Positions 1 through 9,050 of a DNA stretch of 64,000 bases are shown here, piece after piece. The notes below the pieces were generated by a model that searched no databases, had not been told where the DNA came from, and was given only the letters and a program-made list of their open reading frames with translations. Within the stretch, counting starts at the first letter, position 1. Every line of letters begins with the position of its first letter. The position numbers and the translations under genes were made by a program. Source of the stretch: Oscillospiraceae bacterium (GTDB lineage: Bacteria; Bacillota; Clostridia; Oscillospirales; QAMX01); NCBI GenBank assembly GCA_015067825.1, contig SVLQ01000001.1, forward strand, positions 396,485 to 460,484, read 5' to 3'.

Positions 1-468
1 CGGCTGCATATCGGTGTGCTCGGCGTTGATCGCCATAACGCTGCGGCGCAGATTGGCTCCGCCCGGGATCCGCACAATATCATCGGCGTTCTCCAAAAGG
101 CGCTGCATCGGACCGTAGATGTCGGCGGCAGTATCCGGCGCATCGGGCACACGGGATATGGCAAAACGCAGATCATAGGCGAGGTCGATCCCATCCGGGC
201 TGACATCACGGCGGTAGTGCGGGACGCCGGCAGGCACGATGAAGCACTCACCGACCCGGAAACGATATGTACCTTTCAGCGTTGTAACCTGCGTGATGCC
301 CATCTTCACAAAGAACAGCTCATGGTAACGATGGGTGTGGTAGAGCGGCAACTGCGTAAAATAGTTCGTAAAGCCACACGGATACAGCTGAACGCCGATA
401 TTTTCCACTTTGATGTTGACGATATTGCGCCAAAGGCCGGTGTTGCGGTTGCTGGCAATCGTTTCCAA
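1..468 (-). CDS. AraC-family transcriptional regulator, N-terminal cupin (ligand-binding) part; 3' end runs off the window
   Basis: Absent from the ORF track because it is truncated by the window edge. My reverse-strand translation from TTG at 468 (GAGGTG 7 nt upstream) reads METIASNRNTGLWRN...LYHTHRYHELFFVKMG...GECFIVPAGVPHYRR. That is the AraC-type cupin pattern, and the frame stays open to position 1. It replaces the + strand ORF 16..537. Confidence 0.6.
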   Translation of the reverse strand, partial: METIASNRNTGLWRNIVNIKVENIGVQLYPCGFTNYFTQLPLYHTHRYHELFFVKMGITQVTTLKGTYRFRVGECFIVPAGVPHYRRDVSPDGIDLAYDLRFAISRVPDAPDTAADIYGPMQRLLENADDIVRIPGGANLRRSVMAINAEHTDMQP

Positions 469-570
469 ATGTCCACACCTCTTTTCTCATCGCTTTGTTT
501 TGCTTTTATATATTATACACAATTTTTTCCGATTTGAAAAGAGGGCTGTATCGTTTTTTCGACGATCGTA

Positions 571-1857
571 TCAGGCCAAAGCCAATGCGGATGTCATCAA
601 ACCGACATTCTCGGCGTAGATCGGCCCAAAATCGCGGAGCGGCAGCGGATTTTCACCAAGCCCCGCTTCTACCGTATAACCAGGACGGTTATACTGCGCG
701 ATAAACCAGTCCTTATAGCCGGCAAACGACGATTCGTACGGGGTTTCTGCCAAAGTATATCCGCTCACCTCGGCCAAGGCCAGCCCGATCGTTTCGGCAC
801 GCGGCGGACGGTAGTCGAGAAACTGCCAGAAGATCACTTCGCCCTGCGTATGGTACGAAAGCGTCAGGCGAAAGTCATGCGCACGCGTGTAGTCATAGAC
901 TGAACGGCTCTCTCCGGCTTCCAGCGGTTCACTGCCGACAAAATCGCGCGGGGCCGGGCGCGTATAGCCTTGGGCAAACTTAATCTCCCTGGCACGCTCC
1001 CACTCGGCCGGGTACGAGAGATTCGGATCGATCCCGACGATATTGGCCTTCCACCCCTCCGGAAATGGGATCTGCGGAAACTCCGCGGCAATCGCGACTG
1101 CACGCTCGTATGCAGTTCCGTCAGTCAGAGCACCGGTCACCAGATCGACGCCATCGGGATTGACCATCGGCACGACCGACAGCGTCGTGCGTTCCATCAG
1201 TGCGGCGGCATCCTGATCGCCGATCCGGCCGCCGAATGCGGCTGCCGCGGCGTACTGTTCACAGAACTTCAGGAGAAGCAGCGCGGTGATCCATTCGTTG
1301 GCATGGTGCGCACCGTTGAAAAAGACCTCGGCCGCACCATTACCGATCGTCAGGCTTTGCAATGGTTTGCCCATCACGCTCTCACCGATCGTGCCCGTGC
1401 GGAGAAACGGATAGCGCGCGGCAAGTCCGGCAATATATACCGCGGCAATGTCCGAAGTGATCGGGATCTCACCGCTGACCACGTCGAACCCAAGCGGGAT
1501 CACCAACCTTTGACCGATTTGCAGACGGTCAGAGCGCAGACGCGGATTGGCCGCGGCAATCGCCGAAGTAGTTGTTCCATAGCGGCGGGCAAGGCGGTAG
1601 AAGGTGTCGCCGCGGGCAACGGTATGGCGGCGAAAGCCCGTGTAGAACGGCATCAAAGCTTCCTGTGTGCGCGGGCCGGCAATGCCGTCGGGAACAAGGT
1701 CGCTTTGGGTTTGGAATTTGGTCACGGCAAGGGCCGTGTTATGACCGAAGATGCCGTCGGGTTGGCCGGGATCAGTTTGTGCGCGGTACAGCGCAAGCTG
1801 TAGGAAGGCAACTGCCGGACCGCGGTCGCCGGAACGCAGAGTTTTGATGGGTGCCAT
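571..1857 (-). CDS. Peptidoglycan-binding + LysM + M14 metallocarboxypeptidase (gamma-D-glutamyl-diamino acid peptidase-like cell-wall hydrolase)
   Basis: PG_binding_1-like N-terminus (GDRGPAVAFLQLAL...PDGIFG). LysM-like segment (HTVARGDTFYRLARRYGTTTSAIAAANP). M14 zinc-site pattern (GAHHANEW...PMVNPDG). Start is ambiguous: ATG at 1857 sits directly after AAGAAGGGAG, while the track uses TTG at 1872. Confidence 0.8.
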   Translation of the reverse strand: MAPIKTLRSGDRGPAVAFLQLALYRAQTDPGQPDGIFGHNTALAVTKFQTQSDLVPDGIAGPRTQEALMPFYTGFRRHTVARGDTFYRLARRYGTTTSAIAAANPRLRSDRLQIGQRLVIPLGFDVVSGEIPITSDIAAVYIAGLAARYPFLRTGTIGESVMGKPLQSLTIGNGAAEVFFNGAHHANEWITALLLLKFCEQYAAAAAFGGRIGDQDAAALMERTTLSVVPMVNPDGVDLVTGALTDGTAYERAVAIAAEFPQIPFPEGWKANIVGIDPNLSYPAEWERAREIKFAQGYTRPAPRDFVGSEPLEAGESRSVYDYTRAHDFRLTLSYHTQGEVIFWQFLDYRPPRAETIGLALAEVSGYTLAETPYESSFAGYKDWFIAQYNRPGYTVEAGLGENPLPLRDFGPIYAENVGLMTSALALA

Positions 1858-1984
1858 CTCCCTTCTTTGCAAAAAACATAGTTGGTTTCACTCCATCCTA
1901 TGCGTTTTTGCCCGGATTTGTCCAAACAGTGCGGTTCCAAGAGAGCTTCCGCAAAAAAATCTCTGATTTTGTCGAATCTGCTCA

Positions 1985-2013
1985 TTTACTTATGAGGGAT
2001 CATATGCTATAAT
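1985..2013 (+). promoter_or_regulatory. Sigma-A-type promoter for the NifU-like/GGGtGRT operon
   Basis: TTTACT (1985-1990), 17-nt spacer ending in TGC, TATAAT (2008-2013). It lies 58 nt upstream of the ATG at 2071. Confidence 0.5.
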
Positions 2014-2070
2014 ATTGAGTAATGGAAATCGGTTTCGGCCACCGCGCCGAAGCATAAAAGGAGCAGACGT

Positions 2071-2763
2071 ATGAACTATTCTCATGAAGTTGAAAACATG
2101 TGCGTCGTTGCCAAGGGTTGCGACCATGGCCCTGCCCCGATCCCGGAAGAAGGCAGATGGGTCAAGTCGAAGGAGATCTCGGATATCTCCGGTCTGTCGC
2201 ACGGTATCGGCTGGTGCGCACCGCAGCAGGGCTGCTGCAAACTCACGCTGAACGTCAAAAACGGTATCATCGAAGAAGCGCTCGTTGAAACGCTCGGTTG
2301 TTCCGGTATGACGCACTCCGCGGCGATGGCCGCCGAAATCCTCCAGGGCAAAACGCTTCTGGAAGCGCTGAACACCGACCTCGTCTGCGACGCGATCAAC
2401 GTCGCTATGCGCGAGATCTTCAAGCAGCTCGCTTACGGCAGAACCCAGACGGCGTTCTCCGAAAACGGCCTGCCGGTCGGCGCCTCGCTGGAAGACCTCG
2501 GTAAGGGTCTCCGCTCCCAGGTTGGTACGATCTTCGGCACGAAAGCCAAGGGTGCCCGTTACCTCGAAATGTCCGAGGGCTACATCCTCAGCATCGCGCT
2601 CGACGCCAACAAGGAAATCACCGGTTACAAATTTGTCCACATCGGCAAGATGATGGAAGCCATCCGCAACGGCGTGGATCCGAAGGAAGCTTACGAAAAG
2701 AACATCGGTACCTACGGTCGTTACGAAGGCGCGGATTCCTACATCGATCCGCGTAAGAACTAA
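2071..2763 (+). CDS. NifU/IscU-N-terminal-like Fe-S scaffold-domain protein, conserved partner of GGGtGRT proteins
   Basis: RBS AAAAGGAG upstream. Cys-containing segments GIGWCAPQQGCCKL and LGCSGMTHSAAMAAEILQGKTLLEAL resemble the IscU GCGSAIASSS...KGK..EA core. Confidence 0.7.
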   Translation: MNYSHEVENMCVVAKGCDHGPAPIPEEGRWVKSKEISDISGLSHGIGWCAPQQGCCKLTLNVKNGIIEEALVETLGCSGMTHSAAMAAEILQGKTLLEALNTDLVCDAINVAMREIFKQLAYGRTQTAFSENGLPVGASLEDLGKGLRSQVGTIFGTKAKGARYLEMSEGYILSIALDANKEITGYKFVHIGKMMEAIRNGVDPKEAYEKNIGTYGRYEGADSYIDPRKN

Positions 2764-2780
2764 GAAAGGGGGCTTTTGCA

Positions 2781-3776
2781 ATGTTGTTTGAAGGCTATGA
2801 AAGACGTATTGCGAAGATCAACAAGGTCTGCGCCGAATACGGACTGGAAAAAATCGAGGATGCAAGAGACCTCTGCCTCTCCAAGGGCATCGACGTAAAC
2901 GCGATCATCAAGAGCACCCAGCCGATCGCTTTCGAAAACGCTGTCTGGGCCTACACGCTCGGCTGCGCCATCGCCATCAAGAAGAACTGCACCAGCGCTG
3001 CTGACGCCGCCGAAGCCATCGGTATCGGCCTGCAGGCGTTCTGCATTCCGGGTTCGGTCGCCGAAACCCGCGCTGTCGGCCTCGGCCACGGCAACCTGGG
3101 CGCCATGCTTCTCCGCGAAGAGACCCAGTGCTTCTGCTTCCTCGCCGGCCACGAATCTTTCGCCGCCGCCGAAGGCGCGATCAAGATCGCTCTGACCGCC
3201 AACAAAGTCCGCACCTCCCCGCTCCGCGTTATCCTCAACGGTCTGGGCAAGGACGCTGCGTACATCATCTCGCGCATCAACGGCTTCACCTACGTTGAAA
3301 CCGAATACGATTTCGCCACCAGCGAACTCAAGATCGTCCGCGAAGTTCCGTTCTCGGACGGCGACCGCGCCAAAGTTAAGTGCTACGGCTCCAACGACGT
3401 TCTCGAAGGTGTCGCTATCATGATCCACGAAGGCGTTGACGTTTCGATCACCGGTAACTCCACCAACCCGACCCGCTTCCAGCACCCGGTCGCCGGCAGC
3501 TACAAAAAGTGGAGCTACGAAAACGGCAAGAAGTACTTCTCCGTCGCTTCCGGCGGTGGTACGGGCCGTACCCTGCACCCGGACAACATGGCGGCGGGCC
3601 CGGCTTCTTACGGTCTCACCGACACCATGGGCAGAATGCACGGCGACGCGCAGTTTGCGGGTTCGTCCTCTGTTCCGGCGCACGTCGAAATGATGGGCCT
3701 CATCGGTATGGGTAACAACCCGATGGTCGGCGCCACCGTCGCCTGCGCGGTCGCAGTCGAAGAAGCTCTGAAATAA
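2781..3776 (+). CDS. GGGtGRT family protein (function unknown)
   Basis: The literal family signature SGGGTGRTLHPDNMAAGPASYG is in the translation. RBS AAAGGGGG. It starts 17 nt after the upstream gene. Confidence 0.85.
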   Translation: MLFEGYERRIAKINKVCAEYGLEKIEDARDLCLSKGIDVNAIIKSTQPIAFENAVWAYTLGCAIAIKKNCTSAADAAEAIGIGLQAFCIPGSVAETRAVGLGHGNLGAMLLREETQCFCFLAGHESFAAAEGAIKIALTANKVRTSPLRVILNGLGKDAAYIISRINGFTYVETEYDFATSELKIVREVPFSDGDRAKVKCYGSNDVLEGVAIMIHEGVDVSITGNSTNPTRFQHPVAGSYKKWSYENGKKYFSVASGGGTGRTLHPDNMAAGPASYGLTDTMGRMHGDAQFAGSSSVPAHVEMMGLIGMGNNPMVGATVACAVAVEEALK

Positions 3777-3791
3777 GCTTTTCCGCTTTCC

Positions 3792-3833
3792 AAAGAATCC
3801 TTTGTGCCTCGCGCACAAAGGATTCTTTTTTTC
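3792..3833 (+). terminator. Rho-independent terminator of the GGGtGRT operon
   Basis: Stem AGAATCCTTTGTGC (3794-3807) pairs with GCACAAAGGATTCT (3813-3826) and is followed by a T-run. Confidence 0.75.
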
Positions 3834-3894
3834 GGAATTGACAATTCCGGAAATTATGCTATCATATACCCATAACCACCAAGGAGGAACCGCC

Positions 3895-4683
3895 ATGAAA
3901 TTTGTGATCAACCACGACCTGCATCTGCATTCGCAGCTGTCTTCCTGTTCGCGCCATCCCGAGCAGACCGCGGAAAACCTTCTTCGCTACGCCAAGGAAA
4001 ACGGCCTCCGCCACCTTTGTCTGACCGATCATTTTTGGGACGATGCGATCCCCGGCGCCAATGGTTTTTATCAGCCGCAGAACTATCCGCACGTCGCACA
4101 GGCACTCCCCTTGCCCACCGACAGCGACGTGACGTTTGACTTCGGCTGCGAAACGGATTTTGACAAGCACATGACCCTTGGGGTCAGCCACGAAACGCTC
4201 GATAAATTCCGCTTTATCATCGTGCCGACGAGCCATCTGCACATGACCGGGTTTACCATCGAACCGGACGAAAACGGCATCCGGGAACGCGCAGAGCTTT
4301 ATATGCGGCGCAACCACGCGCTGCTCGATCTGGATCTGCCGTTTGCAAAAATGGGGCTCGCGCACTTTACCTGCGGCCTGCTCGACCGAAATTGCGAGGG
4401 CTCGCGCGACGACATCATCAACGCGATCGGCGACGATGCGTTCGAAAAATTCTTCGTTCGTCTTGCCGCCAGCGGCATGGGACTGGAGCTGAACCTCCCC
4501 TTGGAGGATTGCACGAACGAAGCCGTACTTCGTCCCTACCGCATCGCCCGCGCCTGCGGCTGCAAGTTCTACCTCGGCTCCGACGCGCACACGCCCGACG
4601 GACTGAAAGAAGCGATGGCTCGCTTCACCGCCATCGTCGACGCGCTCGACCTGACCGAAGAGGACAAGTTTACGTTTGCATAA
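3895..4683 (+). CDS. PHP-domain (histidinol-phosphatase-like) metal-dependent phosphoesterase
   Basis: MKFVINHDLHLHSQLSSCS...LCLTDHFW is the PHP H-x-H motif. AAGGAGG lies 7 nt before the ATG at 3895. The track start at 3802 falls inside the upstream terminator hairpin. Confidence 0.75.
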   Translation: MKFVINHDLHLHSQLSSCSRHPEQTAENLLRYAKENGLRHLCLTDHFWDDAIPGANGFYQPQNYPHVAQALPLPTDSDVTFDFGCETDFDKHMTLGVSHETLDKFRFIIVPTSHLHMTGFTIEPDENGIRERAELYMRRNHALLDLDLPFAKMGLAHFTCGLLDRNCEGSRDDIINAIGDDAFEKFFVRLAASGMGLELNLPLEDCTNEAVLRPYRIARACGCKFYLGSDAHTPDGLKEAMARFTAIVDALDLTEEDKFTFA

Positions 4684-4697
4684 GCTGCATAAGTGAG

Positions 4698-4740
4698 AAA
4701 CCGCCCCGGATGCAATTCAATTTGCATCCGGGGCGGTTTT
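4698..4740. terminator. Bidirectional terminator between convergent genes
   Basis: 18-nt arms AAACCGCCCCGGATGCAA (4698-4715) and TTGCATCCGGGGCGGTTT (4722-4739) with A/T runs on both sides. Confidence 0.8.
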
Positions 4741-4760
4741 GGGGTTGTCAGAAATTTGTG

Positions 4761-7700
4761 TTACTCGTTAACAGTAACCTTTTTATCCTCATCGATCGTC
4801 ATCGTTTTACCGTCGAGGGCGAGAGTGGTGTACTCCTTGCCGTTGACGGTAACGATATTGCCGTTATCATAGAAAGTCTTGATTCTCCACTCGCCGGAGA
4901 AATCTTCATCGATGATGTTGCCAGATGTAGTCAAAGTGATTTTGGACTGGTAGTTATCGATCTCAATAGCCGCACAGTTTTGGTTGACGATAGCGCCAGC
5001 TGTGTCACCGGCAGAGGCATTAAAGGTGCAGCCGGTCACAGAGACTTTGTTATTGATCTGACCGCCGTCCTTATAAAGAAGAATCGCCTTACCAGCAGTA
5101 TTGAAAGTGCATCTGTTAAACTCAACTTCTAACGCACCATATACTTTGACATACTGGCCCTTGGCCAAATTAAAAGTACAATCATTGAACACGACTTTAT
5201 TACCGTACAGATTCATCATTCCATCGATAACACAGTCATTATAGGTTACAGTACCAACATGCTGAACACCGGTATAATCGCCGCTACCTTTAATAGTCAC
5301 TCCATTAAACTCCACAATACCAGTGTTGTTAAATGCAGGCTTGTTGATGGTAATAACCGTGGCTTTCGTGCCAGATATTTTTACCTCGGTAACCGTTTCG
5401 GTAGTCTGATTACCAGTACCGGCCAAAGTGTAGTCTCCAGCATTCAGTGTCACATCGGCCGCTTCGCCAGCTTTTATAGCGCTATTCAGAGAAGCCGAAG
5501 ATGAGACTACTTCTTTACCGTCGATGATAAGTACACCGGTCGTTCCGGGAACAAAGCGACCATAAATATTGGTATCAGTATTATAGTTGCCGGTCACGCC
5601 AGCATAGGAAACATCGTTGATAATGGTTTCACCAACATGGGCAGTGCCAACCGCGATACCGGTATGCGCCGCATCTTCACCGTTGATGGCAGTACCACTA
5701 ACGATCAAGCCCGTAATGGTGCTGGTGGTGTCAACGTTGCCGCCGGAATGGCCGATTGCCGCACCGACAGAGCCACCACCGGTGATAGAGCCGCCGGTCA
5801 CAGAGCAATCCTCAATGGTAATGTCGCTATAAACAGGGCCATCGTTTTGAACATTCCAACCAGCTGTATAACCCACGAATGCGGCTGCATACTTGGCACT
5901 CTCCACACTGCAGTTCTTCACATGGCAGTTCGTAATCGTAATAGCATCGCTGGTGTCGCCATCGCCAACAAACAACGCGCCATAGTTGGTCGTGGAAACA
6001 ACGGAGCAGTTCTCCAAAACAACACCGTCAAAGGTGTAGGCAGAGGAACCGCTATGGGCTACAAACAGTGCGCGTTCAGTGCTGTTCAGGTTGCTGATCG
6101 TGTTACCGTTACCGAGCATAGTGAAGGCCTTATTGCCCGTAACAGGAGTGATGGTCTTACCGGTCATGTCGATATCATTGGCGATATAAATGATATCTTT
6201 TGCTTGCAGATTGGCAAATGCAGCAACGAGTTCATCCGCCGTCTTAACAACAACAACATTCGTTCCTTCAAGCTTCTTGTCACCACCGGTAACCGTGACC
6301 AGATCGTAAGAAGCAGCAGCATCTTCGTCGACCCAAACTTCGAAAATGCTATCCGCGGCAACATCGCTGATATTGACTTCGGACAGAGTGATATCAGCAC
6401 CGGCAGCGCTCTTGACCAAAATTGCAGCCTTCTCTTCGGTCTTGAAGCCGGTACCGGATACGGTCAGAGTAACCTTCGCAGGAGCATCTACATACTGTTC
6501 ATCAATCTTAATGCCACGGCCGTCGGTAGCATCAGTCGTGTCGATGGTGCACTCGGTCAGAGTAACGGTTTGGCCTTCAGCAGTGATCCACAGACCATAA
6601 ACGTCAGAACGGCTAGTATCATTGATGGTAACCTTATTCATAGTGGTGGTCTTGCCGGCGTTATCCAGCGCGACAGACTTTTCAAAGGTCACCTTTTCAA
6701 TAACATAGTTACAGTTACTGAATCTGAGATCGTAAGCATTCCAAGTACCGGCGCTGTTACCGGTGCTGGTCATGATACCATTCTGAATGGTAATGGTAGC
6801 ATCATCGTTCTTTGCGCCAATTGCCGACCAATAAGTGGTGGTAATGTTCAGTTTCTTTTCATTCAGATCGATGATGATAGTCTCGGTTTCCTCGCCACCC
6901 AGCTTATACTCGCCGCTGCCGCCAGTAATAGTGCCCAGAGAAGAAATCGGCAGGTCGATATTATTCAGCAAGATAACGTGAATGTTTTCATCAGCAGCGG
7001 TCAGGGCTTTCGCCAGCTGATCAGCAGTCTCAACCTCGGTCACGCCGCAGTGCGGGCACTTTACGCCTGCAATATGCGCGTAGACAGGAACAAAATCATC
7101 GTTTTTGCTACTGCCGCAGGAACAGGTATAAGGAGTATAGCCTTGGGTGGTACAGGTGGGCTCAACAGGAGTTCCGGCAACCCACTCATGCGTATGCGCG
7201 ATCACGATGTAGCGCGTCCACTTGGCGAGGACGGTGACGTCGGATTCGATCGCCGCGTCGAAATCGAAGGCTTTGCCGTCGGCGGTGTACCAGCCCTTGA
7301 AGTCGTAGCCGTCGCGGGTCGGATCGGCGGGTTTTTCAACCGTTTCGCCGACTTCGACGGTGACTTCCGTCACCTTGCCGTCGGTGTAGTTTTCGTCAAA
7401 GGTCACCGTGACTTTATTGGCCGCGGGAACCACTTTTTCGCTGTAGCGATACAGGATCGCCGCGATCTGGCCGCGAGACGCGTCGGCCTCCGGCGAGAGC
7501 TTATCGGCAGCAGTGCCGTTGAACAGGCCAACGCCGACCGCCCAGTTCATCGCTTCAACCGCCCAACTGCTCACTTCGTCGGCATCGTTGAACTTGGCGA
7601 GGTTATCCTCGTCCGTCTCGACGTCCATGCCCTTGTAGACAGAGTAGCGGTAGAAGGTGACCGCGAGCTGTTCGCGGGTCATTTCGTCCGCCGGGCCCAT

Positions 7701-8051
7701 TTTACCGTCGCCGTAGCCTTTGATGATGCCGGCATCGGCAGCCCAAAGGATCGCGTCGGTGTACCACTGTCCTTCCGGAACGTCGGTGAAGGGGTTTTCG
7801 GCGTCGACGGCCGGTTCGCCTTCGAAACGCCAAAGAGTCGTCACGACCATGGCACGCGTTGTCGTGCCGGCGGGATCGAACTGATCGTTGCCGATACCGT
7901 TCATCAGGCCGTTTTCGCTGACGTAGGTAATTTCGTCATAGAACATATGCGTTGGCGGAACGTCGCCGTAGGTGTCTGTCGCAAACGCTGTGGGAACAAG
8001 CGACAGAAGCATGCAGAGCGTAAGAAGCGATGCAAGTATTCTTTTTCTCAT
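4761..8051 (-). CDS. Large secreted cell-surface protein: signal peptide, three SLH domains, Listeria-Bacteroides (Flg_new) repeat, Cys-rich linker, long beta-helix-like passenger
   Basis: Signal peptide MRKRILASLLTLCMLLSLVPTAFA. SLH-like repeats (FTDVPEGQWYTDAILWAADAGIIKGYGDG; FNDADEVSSWAVEAMNWAVGVGLFNG). DGYDFKGWYTADGKAFDF matches Flg_new. The C-terminal roughly 800 aa are rich in N/G/T/V with repeated xNCxV turns. RBS AAGAGGAAAAA. Confidence 0.85.
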   Translation of the reverse strand: MRKRILASLLTLCMLLSLVPTAFATDTYGDVPPTHMFYDEITYVSENGLMNGIGNDQFDPAGTTTRAMVVTTLWRFEGEPAVDAENPFTDVPEGQWYTDAILWAADAGIIKGYGDGKMGPADEMTREQLAVTFYRYSVYKGMDVETDEDNLAKFNDADEVSSWAVEAMNWAVGVGLFNGTAADKLSPEADASRGQIAAILYRYSEKVVPAANKVTVTFDENYTDGKVTEVTVEVGETVEKPADPTRDGYDFKGWYTADGKAFDFDAAIESDVTVLAKWTRYIVIAHTHEWVAGTPVEPTCTTQGYTPYTCSCGSSKNDDFVPVYAHIAGVKCPHCGVTEVETADQLAKALTAADENIHVILLNNIDLPISSLGTITGGSGEYKLGGEETETIIIDLNEKKLNITTTYWSAIGAKNDDATITIQNGIMTSTGNSAGTWNAYDLRFSNCNYVIEKVTFEKSVALDNAGKTTTMNKVTINDTSRSDVYGLWITAEGQTVTLTECTIDTTDATDGRGIKIDEQYVDAPAKVTLTVSGTGFKTEEKAAILVKSAAGADITLSEVNISDVAADSIFEVWVDEDAAASYDLVTVTGGDKKLEGTNVVVVKTADELVAAFANLQAKDIIYIANDIDMTGKTITPVTGNKAFTMLGNGNTISNLNSTERALFVAHSGSSAYTFDGVVLENCSVVSTTNYGALFVGDGDTSDAITITNCHVKNCSVESAKYAAAFVGYTAGWNVQNDGPVYSDITIEDCSVTGGSITGGGSVGAAIGHSGGNVDTTSTITGLIVSGTAINGEDAAHTGIAVGTAHVGETIINDVSYAGVTGNYNTDTNIYGRFVPGTTGVLIIDGKEVVSSSASLNSAIKAGEAADVTLNAGDYTLAGTGNQTTETVTEVKISGTKATVITINKPAFNNTGIVEFNGVTIKGSGDYTGVQHVGTVTYNDCVIDGMMNLYGNKVVFNDCTFNLAKGQYVKVYGALEVEFNRCTFNTAGKAILLYKDGGQINNKVSVTGCTFNASAGDTAGAIVNQNCAAIEIDNYQSKITLTTSGNIIDEDFSGEWRIKTFYDNGNIVTVNGKEYTTLALDGKTMTIDEDKKVTVNE

Positions 8052-8150
8052 TTTTTCCTCTTGTTTGGATTGATTTTATTTGCATACAAGGTCAGCATTC
8101 AGATTGCCACCCTTGCCACTGCCGATATGTTACAAGAGAGCAGAACATCT

Positions 8151-8825
8151 TTATATGACGTCCAATGCTTTTCGATCGCCTGTTTCAAGGAGGTTCATCC
8201 TTAAAAGAAAGGCTCCGTAGACCTCTTCTTCTGCTCTCTGCCGCACTTTCACGGCATCTTCATACTTGTCGTAGGAGCCCAAATACATCAGTTTTCCCTG
8301 AAAGCGCAATCTCACATACCATTTGTTTTGCTTTTTGTGCCAATATACGCCTCGCGTTCCACTGGTGTTGGCAGCTGACGGACGCATATCACTGATTTTG
8401 GAAAGCTGCGTGCCTTCAACGAACCCCGCCGCCTGTACCATAGATTCAGCATTTGCACGGCGCAGACAATTGACACACATTCTCTCTTTTTTATCAGTCA
8501 GAGAGTCGCTGGAACGGTAAACTATCTCGCCGCATTCGCACCGACATTCCCATAGCAAGTTCGTGCGGCTGCCGCGTTTGCGTTTTTCGTCTGCTCGGCG
8601 CAGAACCGTCAGTTTTCCAAACACCTTGCCGGTCAAATCTGGCGATCTCCCGCAGCCGCAGCTCGTGATGTGGCCATTTTTCAGATTTCCGGTCGTTGCA
8701 ATATGCGTATTTCCGCAATCGCAAAGACACCCCCATCGTCTATGACCCTTGCTGTTGGAAGGCAGCAATTCCGTCACGACAAGCTTTCCAAATCTTTGTC
8801 CAATCAGATTCTCATACTCGCGCAT
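8151..8825 (-). CDS. AP2-domain DNA-binding protein with two N-terminal Cys-rich (Zn-ribbon-like) repeats
   Basis: C-terminal GVYWHKKQNKWYVRLRFQGKLMYLGSYDKYEDAVKVRQRAEEE fits the bacterial AP2 pattern. The N-terminus carries a duplicated module, FGKLxV...W.C.C.CG...C..C. Confidence 0.65.
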   Translation of the reverse strand: MREYENLIGQRFGKLVVTELLPSNSKGHRRWGCLCDCGNTHIATTGNLKNGHITSCGCGRSPDLTGKVFGKLTVLRRADEKRKRGSRTNLLWECRCECGEIVYRSSDSLTDKKERMCVNCLRRANAESMVQAAGFVEGTQLSKISDMRPSAANTSGTRGVYWHKKQNKWYVRLRFQGKLMYLGSYDKYEDAVKVRQRAEEEVYGAFLLRMNLLETGDRKALDVI

Positions 8826-8901
8826 TTATCTCTGATTCCCCCGGTAACAATCGTATACATCTTGACAGTCCCGATGAATTGTTTTCAAACTGTGCGTAAT
8901 G

Positions 8902-9023
8902 GTACACATTTTTACACTCTCTGTCAAAAGAATAACGAGCTTCTAAATACATACAAATATCATCTAATATTATATCTTATTCCCTTTAAAAATGCAAGAG
9001 AAAAAACGCGTAAAAATGTGTAC
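8902..9023. repeat. Perfect 14-bp inverted repeat pair bracketing a 94-bp AT-rich segment (candidate invertible element)
   Basis: GTACACATTTTTAC at 8902-8915 and its exact reverse complement GTAAAAATGTGTAC at 9010-9023. The line 8941-9000 has 13 G+C out of 60. Confidence 0.9.
8969..8997 (-). promoter_or_regulatory. Near-consensus sigma-A promoter lying wholly inside the IR-flanked segment, firing towards 8825
   Basis: The minus strand reads TTGCAT (8997-8992), a 17-nt spacer, then TATAAT (8974-8969). Confidence 0.55.
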
Positions 9024-9050
9024 TTTTTTTCCATTCTTTTCTCACCGCCG

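Noticed and set aside
16-537. 173-aa + strand ORF at the window start.
   Set aside because: The translation has no recognisable features. The minus strand over the same bases gives a clean AraC-type cupin domain with a TTG start and a GAGGTG RBS at 468.
8052-8150. Independent promoter for the SLH surface-protein gene in the 99-bp gap after the AP2 gene.
   Set aside because: Only a lone TAAAAT with no acceptable -35 at 16-18 nt. Co-transcription from the upstream promoter seems more likely but is untested.
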